Made by a program: the position numbers and the translations under genes
Assembly (NCBI GenBank): GCA_036172245.1
Contig: JAYWIR010000004.1
Coordinates: forward strand, 3,472,001-3,536,000
Reading direction: 5' to 3'
Source of the DNA: Raillietiella orientalis
Taxonomy: Eukaryota
Length of the DNA stretch: 64,000 nucleotides
The notes under the pieces: model-generated
The model's database searches: none
What the model was told of the DNA's origin: nothing
What the model saw: only the letters and a program-made list of their open reading frames with translations
Shown here: one piece after another, positions 36,501 through 47,600 of the stretch
Position numbering within the stretch: position 1 is the stretch's first letter
Layout of the letters: the number at the start of each line of letters is the position of its first letter

Positions 36501-38553
36501 GCGGAGCAACATTGCTGATGTCGTCACCGTGACGAACAGCTAGCAAGAACACCCCCGCCATCAGTTTCCGTATCTTGAGACAGACAGCGAGAACAGGAGC
36601 CGGAAGAGTCTCGTTGTGAAGCGATGCTTCGTAGGTGTTGTGACTTTTTTGCTGCAAATCGCCGAGAAACAGTGTCCTCTTGCCGGACGTGGACCCGAAA
36701 ATTCTTTCGAAATCGCTCCCGGGTCCGGACGTGCTTTACAGATGAACGACACTTGCTATAGCCTAAGGCAGGTCTCAATCTGGAGTGCGTTTTATGATTT
36801 TGCGAGACTCCAGCTTCCAGAGGAAGGTCCTTTCCCGCATAGCTGCCAGGAAAGTGATCTCGTACGACGCGGCACTCTTTTGCGCGGCTCCTTTACCGCT
36901 TCGCAACGCCGGAGATGCTTTAAAATTTCTCGTTTTTGGCGAGAAATTTTAAAGCTGCTTGAAGAAAGCAGCAGCAGTCGAGTCTCGTTTCGTTGCCCCT
37001 CGTGAGGAAGCGTCTAAAGTGTATCGAATGCATCAGATCATTGCTCGTGTGCAACGAGAACGAATCCAAGAAAAGGGGCAAATTATCCTAATAATTAGGA
37101 CCGATTGCATGGCAATTAGCAAGCGCAACAGACTCTTTGAGGTTGCATTTGTCACGTGAGCTACGCCTCAAAAGTGATGTCGAGACCGCAAACAAATGCA
37201 CACATACTATAAGAATCCACTCTGATTAATCATTCACATGCCTCGAATTCTTCTTTTGATTACAAAACTCACTTGTGTATGTATGAGTACACTAAACCGG
37301 TATATTGCTTTCAAAAATTGCTATGAAATTGCTGCATCATCATCAGTCGACGACCAGTTTCGATTGTTTTTCTTCTGTTAATTAGAAGTTACATCCACAT
37401 GAGTCATCGGGGTGGCTCTGTATTGGGATTCTGGTATTCAAACGAGTTTTTCATTGATGGATCTCCATGAATCGCATGATGTATCGGAGCAATTTCTTGG
37501 TTCCTCGTTTCTATTGGCCATTTTTAATACGCGGCGAGGCTTCGATGGTGACCGTGCTTTCTCTTGCATACTCTTTCCTTGTTATGCATCCGATGTTTCG
37601 GATGATTCTTATTTCTGCGATCCCACATACAGTTTGTGCGCCTCATTTAATTTCAGCTTAAGGCGAGGCTTCACTTCTTGCCATCAGCATTCGTGGCGAC
37701 TGAATGAGAATTGTCAGCTAAAAAAGGAAAAGGCAATCAATGAGGCCAGAGCAGATAAGGTAATGGAGAGTGCCTTTCTTAGAAGTGTCTCTGTGAAAAT
37801 GAGTTCGTTACGAAACACAGCTGGAAGTGAAATTTCTCATTTTCAATGTGACCTCCGATATCATTGTGTATTATGACGTTTGTTAAAGAGCTGACACATT
37901 TTTCGGCAAAAAGAAAACCGTAGTTATTTTTTACTTCACCATCCTCATATGAAACATAATTTCGAGAGCTACTACTATTTCATGGAAGGCTCATAATTTT
38001 CCTCTACGGGCAACTGGAATTATTTTTTCACGAGAATCATCAAACCTCAGAGTCATGGGGTATCAGGCGAGTTCATGACCCATGCGAAGGCAAATAGCCA
38101 TATCGCCTTCTTTCCAGGTAAGTTTGAATCGAGGCTGACCACACTATGTACGGAGATGGATTTCAAGCTGATATATAAGATTTTTCCAAATCATGCTAAT
38201 GTGATTACAATGAAGTGGTTTCACTACAGAAAATCACGCAGAATATTTTGGGTCCAGTATAGCCGATATGCTTCTTTGTTTATCATCGGCTGCAGTAGAA
38301 TGTTTGAAAGTGTTTTGCCAGTGGAAAAATCATAAATTCTTCGGATGATGGGGAGAACTTGAAAAGCCCAAGGAAACGCGCAAAGCCGTTGGAGGCGAAT
38401 GTAAGCGAGTCAAATGATGCAGATCAAATAATCCTACGTTCACATGATTTCGGACCTCCAGAATTTCCGTCATTTATTTTTGCACGTAAAATAAGATCCT
38501 TCATAAGTGAACAGAAAGATAGTCTAATCAATCCACGTGCTGGTCCTCAGCTT

Positions 38554-38659
38554 TTATTTACTGATTAGCTGATTTATTTACTGATTACTGATTAGCAATA
38601 CTGATTATATATATTTATATACTGATTTACCGATTAGCAATTGGTACACTGATTAGCAA
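38554..38659. repeat. Degenerate tandem repeat of an ACTGATT(AG) unit
   Basis: About 8 imperfect copies of (A)CTGATT/ACCGATT within about 105 nt. Confidence 0.75.
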
Positions 38660-38690
38660 CACCAGGAAGCCTAACAGAGCAGTTAGAAAC

Positions 38691-38714
38691 GGTCTCCCGT
38701 GGAAACGGGAGGCC
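38691..38714 (+). other. 10-bp stem closed by a GGAA (GNRA) tetraloop
   Basis: GGTCTCCCGT-GGAA-ACGGGAGGCC (one G-U pair on the + strand). Confidence 0.55.
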
Positions 38715-41700
38715 AGCGTGGTTCAACAATGAGTACCGGATGTGGCAGCCAGGTGCCTTCGGATATTCTTTTCATTTCACCAGCAAGTAACAAGAATCTT
38801 CATTAGAAAAGGAGATGGGCTTCGAATACCAATCTGAATGAAAGAGCACATACGAAAGAATTGCAAAGTTCTATTTATTTTCCAAGAGGGAAGACACGAA
38901 CATTAGCTGCATATCCAGGATTGTGGCCCCGATAAAATATACTGCACTTAACATCGCGGACAGGGAGGATGTGTGATAAGACGAGTGAGTAAGTGGTCGC
39001 ACCGATCGAAAAGAAGCAAGTTTACAGAATATAATTTTGGACCGAGGAAATCATTTTCCCAAAGATTCACCGCAGCTTATCGAAAATCATTTTTCTTGAA
39101 AGCATAGTGAGTGGTAGTAGTGGTTCATGAAATGCTACCCTTCGCATAAGTTTGAGGATTGGCTCAGTTAATGGGGAAGAAATTCTGTTTGAAATTCCAT
39201 TATCGGCTGATCTTGGAGGAAATAATAGAAAAGTTCAAATTATTCCATTTCGTGATTGTGCTTTTTAAAGGAACAGTAGAACATCAGTAAGAAGTAACGA
39301 CCATGAAAGCAGGTACATGCTATTTATCATTCGTTTTTTGGAAGATGTGTTTGGATCTTTTGTGGTAAGTTAGGAGTCGTAGTTTAGTTCATTGAGTTAG
39401 TAATCTGAAAAAGGAGCAATCGGTTTCCATTTCTGAGGGGAGTATGTAGACTTTTCGGCAGCATTGCTGTGTATTTTTTAAATTAGAACAATGTGCACTG
39501 TCATATTGTACTGTTTTAATATAACGTCTACGTGTTGTCCAGTTGTGGAAAAGGTCTATGTACTGCAAAATTGGCACACGAAGGTCTGTATTTATGCCTA
39601 GTTTTCATTACTCTAATCGATATTTTTTTTTCTGTATCGATTTGAGGCTTTGGATTTTGCCATTTTGTTGTAATTATAAAATAGCAAAAGCCAAATACAT
39701 ACACAGCTGTTAAGAGGACATGTGTGACAATGAAAAAAGTTCAATATAATACTTTGTAGATGTAAACTTAGCAGCCAGGAATCTTGTGAGGCTTTGGGAG
39801 CTTCAGTTCCTTGCACTTTTATGACACTCATCTGAGTAAAGAATACTTTCCATTTCACAATGTTTGGAAATTACTAAATTCTTAATTATAAAATTTGTAA
39901 CATTCTCTGTAGTGTATAGTTTTCAGTTTCTTGTATCCTTGTGGATGATTTTCTTTTCTCAGTCTAGTGATAGATCTAGACTATTTATGAAATATTGAGG
40001 AATGGTGTGTTATAATATTTATTTTTACAACAGTAACAAACAGTTTAAATAAATATTGTATGCATTTAACTTTCAAAAGATGTAACTTTTCTATAAAAAA
40101 GAATGAGAGAATAAGTAAGGAATGATTTTAAACTAGTGGTCAGTTTATCCGAAAATGTAGTTTTCCAATATTTGATTAAAAAAAATATGAGGATTTAGAA
40201 ATACGGAATATTGAAGAAATGCACAGATGTATGGAAGTAGAAAAAAAGGGTGCAAGTCATTTTGCAATTTTTGTGTGTTCTATAAACAGTCATTGAGAAT
40301 GTGCTTTGCATTTAATGAAATGTTTCTCAAGTATTCTGTGTCTGGCTTCCAGAAAGATTATCAACAGAGCAGAACTGTGAAAGCATGTTTTTTTTTTTCT
40401 TTTTAAAGCTGTTTGAAAAATCAATATACATATCCATGAAGACTGAGAGAATTTTCACTAGAATAACTAAATCACTTTTTCTCAAGAGAAAATTGTTGTA
40501 TAATTTGTTTGGTGGGTCATAGTGAAGTCCATGTAGGTTTCTTTTTGTTAAGGAAATCTACATATTGACAGTGCAGACTTTCAATCTCCTAATTATGGCA
40601 TAAATGTTTCCGCCAGGCATTCAGTTAGTCTTGCAATACTTGAAAGATAATTTGTTTACATGTTCCTGGCAACTGCAGTTTCTGCTTAAACTATTACAGC
40701 AGTGTTGTGAGAGAGACTTCAAAGGGATCAGAAAATCTTTGGTGACTGGCAAATGAACATAACTTAAGGATTTAAGACTACCTTCAAGAAGTTCAAGTTA
40801 AATTTTCTGGATATGATTTCAAGCAGTCCATAGAAATAGAAAACTAAAACAGATTCATACCAAATAAGAAAGTTCTTAATTTGCATTTATATATTCACAA
40901 AGTTTTCTCGACATATATAGTAAGCTATGTTACATTATGACTGACTAAAGCTTATTATTTGTGCACAATTATTCCTCAGTAGAGTGCATGAATTAGAACT
41001 TAAGAGAGCAACAATTTGTCTATGACTTCATTTACTTAGCAATTGTGTTTCTTCTTGCAATTGTAACTATATTGTGAGATATGTGCTCGTGGTTTGATCT
41101 CACTCAGGGTTGTGTTCTCATGGTTTGGTCTCATGCAGGATTATGTTTTGCATTCCATTATTGTTGCAATCATATAGAAAGAAATTTGAATAAAGGTTTC
41201 TTTTTATGCAAGTGCAAAGTGTGTTTGTTGCTTGTGTAAATCATGCTCCACCAATCAAGACCAATTCTTCCATTCAAGCTTGAATCCTGTTCATATGAGT
41301 AAGACAAGCTAGGAGGAATAGGAATATCTTTACCAGATGAATGTGTTCTCAAAAGATCATGCACAAATAATAGCTTAGTTGTGAGGTCTACTTTGAAACC
41401 ATGTTTCCATAATATTCTTTATTTTCATTGTCCCATGCATGAGGACTGTAAAAATGTTGATACAGAAATTCTCTATTTCATGTTATGAGTATGTATACTG
41501 CAATTCATCATTTAATAATTCATTTTATCATAATTGTCATCGGTGCTTCTGCCATTCTATTTATACTGTATGAATGAAACCAATTTTAGCACTTCACATT
41601 TGTTCAAAAGTATTGCATTCCATGTGTAATTATTTTTTTTTTTTAAGATTGCTTTTATGAAATTAACAGTTCTGGCCTTAAGATGTTAGTGTACACCGTA

Positions 41701-43946
41701 GCAAAAATGTTTTTCTTTATTGCTCATGTACTTTTCATATCAGTTACGACGTAAATCATTTTAATAATCTCTTAGCATATGTTATTATTAATAATCATTG
41801 ATGTGTTAAATCGTTAGTATTGTGAATTTGCATCATTTATGGCCTTTTTTTTCTAACTTTCGTTTGAACCTCCTTATGTACTTTGAATTACGTCCCAAGT
41901 TTTCCCACTTAGGCATCGCAACTTATTTGGCCCTGTAAAGCTTTGGATTGAGTTTTGTGTTATTCATGAAAGTCGAAAAAAGCGAACCATACCATTCAAG
42001 GTTATGGTTTTGTTGTTGTTTATCAATATAGTGTTTGCTTATACTGTAATCATCATTGTTATTGTTCTAAATTTTAGCTGCACATTTATTTTCTGTTGGA
42101 GTGTTTTGATTATTGATATTTCCACTTAATTCGGGAGTACATTCTTTGTACCCTTAGTTGCGACCTTCTTCATATTTTCGAAGGTTTCCATAAGTATTCC
42201 TTACCGTTGTGGAACGTTTGATTCACCCGTTTTCAGTTCCGGAATCATTCTGCTGTAGTTGCAAGTAGATTTTAAAAAAACAGATCTTGTTTCTTAGATC
42301 TGTATACTATTCAGTTTTTTTTTTTTTTTTGCATGTTCGAAAACTTATAATCTAGTTTTCCTTTAATTTTTTTTTTACAAGTTTGGGGGGGCAATTCTTC
42401 ATATGCTCTTTCTTGGCTCTCTTCCTAATCCCCGAACTGTCGTGAACGCACAACCCAGGCATTTGGTCAGTGAAACCTCTTGTTTTAATGCACGCCCCAT
42501 GGCTGGACCGAACGAGTGCATTTCCTGCGGCTGAACTTTGTGCTTTTAAAATCTGTGGAAATTCTTTTTTATTATTGTCGTGTGCGCTCATCTTTTCTAT
42601 TTTTTTGTCTTAGTTTTGGCACTTGAAAGAATGAGGAAGTGATGATGATTTCAAAGTCTTTTGCTTCACTTCAGTTCTCAATTGCTGGATGTATCTTACC
42701 GACGAAAATTGTAACTGTTCAGTCCAAGTCATGTAATGCATTTAGGAAACCTAGTCACTCTCATATCTTCATTAATTCTGTTAGTAGGCAGTGTGATGAT
42801 GATGGATTCGTTAATGCAGTTTGTCTAAGCGTTATGCAATGCTGGATCTTAGAGATGCTACAGTGCTGCATTATCACAGTACCGATACTAGAATACTGGA
42901 TGTTACAGTACATCTTCGCTACTTGACACATCGTACTTCATGCATCTGAAAGATGTATTCTCCAGGAAACAAGAGAAATCCAACAGAGTAAAGAATCTTA
43001 TTTAATTTCAACCGTGGATATGTTTTAGTTAATCACAAGAAGGTTTACAGTGTTTTCTGAATTTGATTAACTTGAGATATTAACATGTAGGATTTCTGGA
43101 AATAAAGTTCTTATTTATGCCTTGGTAATTTCGTTACGTGCTTTCAATTATAATTATCCCATTCTCGAGTTCTTGCGTCCCCCCCCCCCCCCAGTAAAAG
43201 ACATTTGCAAAAATTATCCTTTGAAATATAAATCATGTACTACTTATTGACATATCGCGATATTTTTGGTGGAATTTAGATATAGATAGAATATGTGATG
43301 GGATTCATAGTCTGTGAAAATGCACTTGAATGATTCCTTGCCTTTTGCAAATCGCTCTGGAGATGCGGGCACAATGAAGCTCAGCATCTTTTGTCATATG
43401 AACCAACTCCTCAAATATGTTCTCTTTCAAACCAGGGAAATCTTTGCATCCGTAACGTCTACTCAAAGTGGTTTTCACATTTGGAATATTGATTGTAGTC
43501 GTATGCGTTAGAATAATAACCTTTGCATATTATTAAATGCTGTACTTCAATGAAAAAAACGAAAAACAACAAAAACATGCATATGTATTTGACGTAAGGA
43601 GTAGTCTGAAATTTTGATATGTGCATTACAATTATTTCTGTATTTAGCGTAAGGTTATGGAGCCATCTGTCTCAAAGATTTGCAAGTCCTCTCATAGAGG
43701 AAAGGCGGTGCGATTCGTTTGCAGCTCTAATGAGAAGAGTTATCACGTGGTCGCTTGGAAAGGACAGCAGTAGCTTGTACATACCGTTTCAGATTGTCTG
43801 AATGCATTTGATTTGCCACCACTTTTTTACAAACAGTGCTGCTGGAGACTTTCTCATTCATACCGTGATCTCACGTTCTTTTTTTTTTTTTCTCCTTTCT
43901 CTGTCCAGAGTTTCCACCCGTCAGTATTAGAAGCGGCCCTCAGAAA

Positions 43947-44617
43947 ATGCTGGCACGTGTATCTTTTTATCCAACTTTGCTGTACAACCTTGTTGCAGAG
44001 AAGATTACGTCTCGCAACTGGTACGATCGTATTGACAATAATCTCATATTGGGAGCATTGCCATTCCGGTGGACATCAGAAAATGTATGGCATGTACTAT
44101 TTCAGTTGTATCAATTTCATGTAGTTAGTAAAAAAAGAAAATATCCAGGGTGTTGTATCAATGAATGAAGATTATGAATTAAAATGGATCGGCAATCAAA
44201 AAAAGGTGAAAGTCCCCCCTCCTCTCGAATTGATAAAGTTGCTTTTAGGATTGGGAAAGGTTGTCCGTACGTTTCCTGCAACTCCCGACTGTGGATATAT
44301 TCCACATGCCTTCTTTAGACCACCTGATTTGTGGAGTCGATTTCATAAACAGTGTGGGCGCCCAAGGTGGCACCGTGTACGTGCACTGCAAAGCTGGGCG
44401 TACTCGAAGTGCCACGCTCGTGGCATGCTATTTGATGCAGGTACGAACATTCCAAAGGAAAAAGTTCTTTGTAGCTAGCCCGAGTCTGTAGCGGTGGAAA
44501 TTGAGTCCTTCGGAGGCATTAGACCGGATAAGCACCAAGCGACCGCACATCTGGTTGCGAGAGCCCCAGATGAAGGCTCTCAATGCATACCATCGGTATC
44601 TGCAGAATAGCACTTGA
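43947..44617 (+). CDS. PTPMT1: Phosphatidylglycerophosphatase and protein-tyrosine phosphatase 1 (PTPMT1/Plip), 4 exons, 178 aa
   Basis: Exons 43947-44084, 44125-44205, 44249-44440, 44492-44617 (GT-AG, all phase 0). Sequence: [50 protein letters not shown], active site [28 protein letters not shown]. Confidence 0.96.
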
Positions 44618-44647
44618 TGTATTACCATGCTCACAATGTGATAACTT

Positions 44648-44653
44648 AATAAA
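44648..44653 (+). terminator. Candidate polyadenylation signal of PTPMT1
   Basis: AATAAA 30 nt after the TGA. Confidence 0.55.
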
Positions 44654-47600
44654 GCAGTGACTTCGCTGCACGCCTGACTTTTATGCTTGTTTCTGAGTGA
44701 ATGTTTGCATCGAGTTTGATCTGGTGATAAGAATCATTTTCAGTGGTTGGAGTTTTTTTTTTTTTTTTTTTTCCACTTTAAGGAATGTACATACCCTCGT
44801 GTTCGGGGAAGTATGCAATATTGGCAAAGCCGGACGCTGGAATGCCGTTTCCACTTTTGGTATGCTCGTCGTGACTGTTGCTTAACAAGCAGCCATCGCA
44901 GAAATATGTAAATGCCAGTCAAATGTCGCGTTCCGGTTTTGGATAGGTTTCTTTCCAAGCATATGCCTGAGCCAGTTCACATTGGTAGGCACGTTTCTGT
45001 TTGTATTACGTACGCCAGTGTGGCTTTGAGATAGCACTATTGTACACAAATGCCTGCATGGATCTCATGCAAATGACGAATTCCACACCCAGGATGTTGG
45101 CCACATAATTCAGATCAGTCATCAGTGAGGCTTTCAATCGAAAACTACGTATTTAATCGAAAACTGCTTGACATGACGAAAACATAATATAATAAACAAG
45201 GTCTCTTACGATTACTTTTATTCCACAAGCAAAAACCCAAAACGAGAACATTGTGTCGAGAATTCTCTCTCGTCAACGGAGTAGTGTGTTCTCGCTTGAA
45301 ATGCATTTTGCACATTCTCGTAACGCGTTCGGACACTGGTCAAAACGTGGGAAAGTTTCCCGGTTTCATAATAACATTCCCTTGTGCGCTCCGTTTCTTC
45401 TTTCAAGTGTGTAGAGCGAACCTGGTGATGCCTCGAAACTTCAGATTGCTGAAACAGCCCGTGCATGCATTATGCACGATCCAATTATTTATGCTTAATT
45501 GTTCAGGAAATGTGGGATGGCCGCAAGGTGCGACGACCTCACGTATGCGCTTATGAGAACAATAAGGAGAAACTGCCGCGTTCCGTGGTCCCAGCTGAGC
45601 GGGGGAACTCGGTTTTCCGATAGCAAGTTTCCCAAGCATCTTTCTGCGTTTTTCTCACTTTCTTAACGAAAGAGCACACGCTGCGCCAAGCGAAAAGGTT
45701 CGCCAATGGTATCAGACGGACATTGTGGTGGTCCAGCTCCACGTCTCCTAGCAGACTCCGCACGAATGTAAGCCAAAGCCTTTTCAGTGATCGTCCGTGA
45801 AACAAAGCGGGAAAACACATGAATCGGGATGTGGTGGATTCTGATTTCATTATGAAGAATGCCGATCTTTTTTTGTGCATTTTGTAGGTTCCAATCTAAT
45901 TTTTCACAACGAATGCAGACCTCGCACTCGATACGATTTTTGAGAATCCATCATGCGTATAGATAAAGTCAAGTAACCCGAAAAGGGTCAGAGCGGAGTC
46001 GCAGCTTGCATTCAGATGACGATTCAGAGAAGTCGATAGGGTTACCCGTGGTTGAACGAGCTCTTCAGGAGCTACGTTCCTTTCTCTCTTTACGGTTTCT
46101 TGTAATACAAAGAACACCTTTTCAGGCATCATAAATCGAATGATCGCAGCCTTCTCTACCCTCAGATCGCAGGGTTCATACCAGAGGTATGCTGTGCCTT
46201 TCAAGAGAGCACTGCATCCTAGTGAGATCCAAACACCGGCAGCTAAGCGACTACGAAGAATTATTCTCGTTGGAATGAAAACGAGCATTCCCATCGCTGA
46301 GATTACACGTTCCGAGGAAAATTGCAGATTATTATGCTGACTTTAAAATATTTCAGTTTTCTAGGATAGACGATGGCGACAGTGAGTAGCAGCATAGGTG
46401 GGTTCTCGCCAGGGGGTTCAGGGTTCAAAAGGAGAAAGAATGATTTTCAGGCATCTAGAAGCTGGATTGTAGCCGAAGCAAGATAGCATTCCTTTTTTTC
46501 ATTTCTAATCTCTTCAAATTCCAAGCGAGAGCCCAAGCGGACTGAAATGAAAAGCGGAGGTTCATTCTCTTGAGAAACCCAGTCCCTAAAACGTAAAGCT
46601 TTTACTCTGTCATGTGGACCGCGTGCACGTTTCCGAGCGTTTTCTCTCGCCTTCATTCTTTCCAATGCCTTCGTAGCATTTCCAGACTCCAAACGGGGCA
46701 TTCGGGAAATTTTGTAAATACCGGCACGGATGACTCTATCCCGAAATGCAGAAGAACGACACTCAACAGAGTATTCGTGTATTGTGGCCACAAAATGCTG
46801 AGGCTCTAAGTACACTTGGTTCACCCCTATTTAAGGTTATAGTGCTCGTTCGAATGTGGATCATCGGTTGCTGGATTTCGAAGCAGGTTAAGAAGAGGAA
46901 AACTGGAGCGGTTGCTCACGTTCGCAAAACCAGCCGAGATTACGAAACAGGGAAAATTCGAAACTCAGCATATTGAATAGTCGACCACATAAGTATGATT
47001 TGTAGGACCCGAAAACACTCAAAGCCTTCGTACGTGGTCGCTGCAACACGATACTGAAAGCACAGATGAATTTGCTACATCACAGATGATAAATGGAAAA
47101 CGAGCTGCTGCTTCGGCATAAGCAATAAACAACATTTGAAAAAAAAAGTGAAAAACCGGAAAGGTCTCCGCATTTTTTCCTGGTCCCGAAAAAACTGGTC
47201 GGATTTGCTTGCCTGATCCCATGTGTGGGGGGGGAGTTTTTTTTTTTTTTTTTCTTTTACTTCAAATCCCTTGTTTTAATAAATTTCTGCAGGGTGTTTT
47301 GAACCGTATCCATTACGGTGTTCGTTTTCAGTCACGTAGATCGGAAATTCTTGCACACATACTGAGAAACAGTTCTGCACTTTGAAAAAAACAAAAAAAA
47401 AAAAAACAATTGTGAATCCTTCATCCAGTTGCTTTTCAACATGAATATTCTTTTAACTTTTATTTCCCCCCCCCTTTAGTGGTCTCCTTTGAAGCTGCCT
47501 TACGTTTTGAAGCAATGTTCTCTTCGAGAACACTTCGAGCACATTTCACTCTCTCGCCAATGGACCCCGTCGAAAAAGTGAGATTGTCTGAGACTCTTTC

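Noticed and set aside
38554..38720. Possible CRISPR array or hammerhead ribozyme
   Set aside because: Units are short and irregular with no spacers or cas genes in a eukaryotic context; CTGATTAG does not match the CUGANGA core.
41170..41460. Possible minus-strand exons in the CpG-poor block
   Set aside because: A 47-nt GT-AG interval exists, but I could not build a stop-free, recognisable protein.
46395..46430. GGGTTCAAA resembling a tRNA B-box or MITE end
   Set aside because: No cloverleaf, A-box or partner inverted repeat found.
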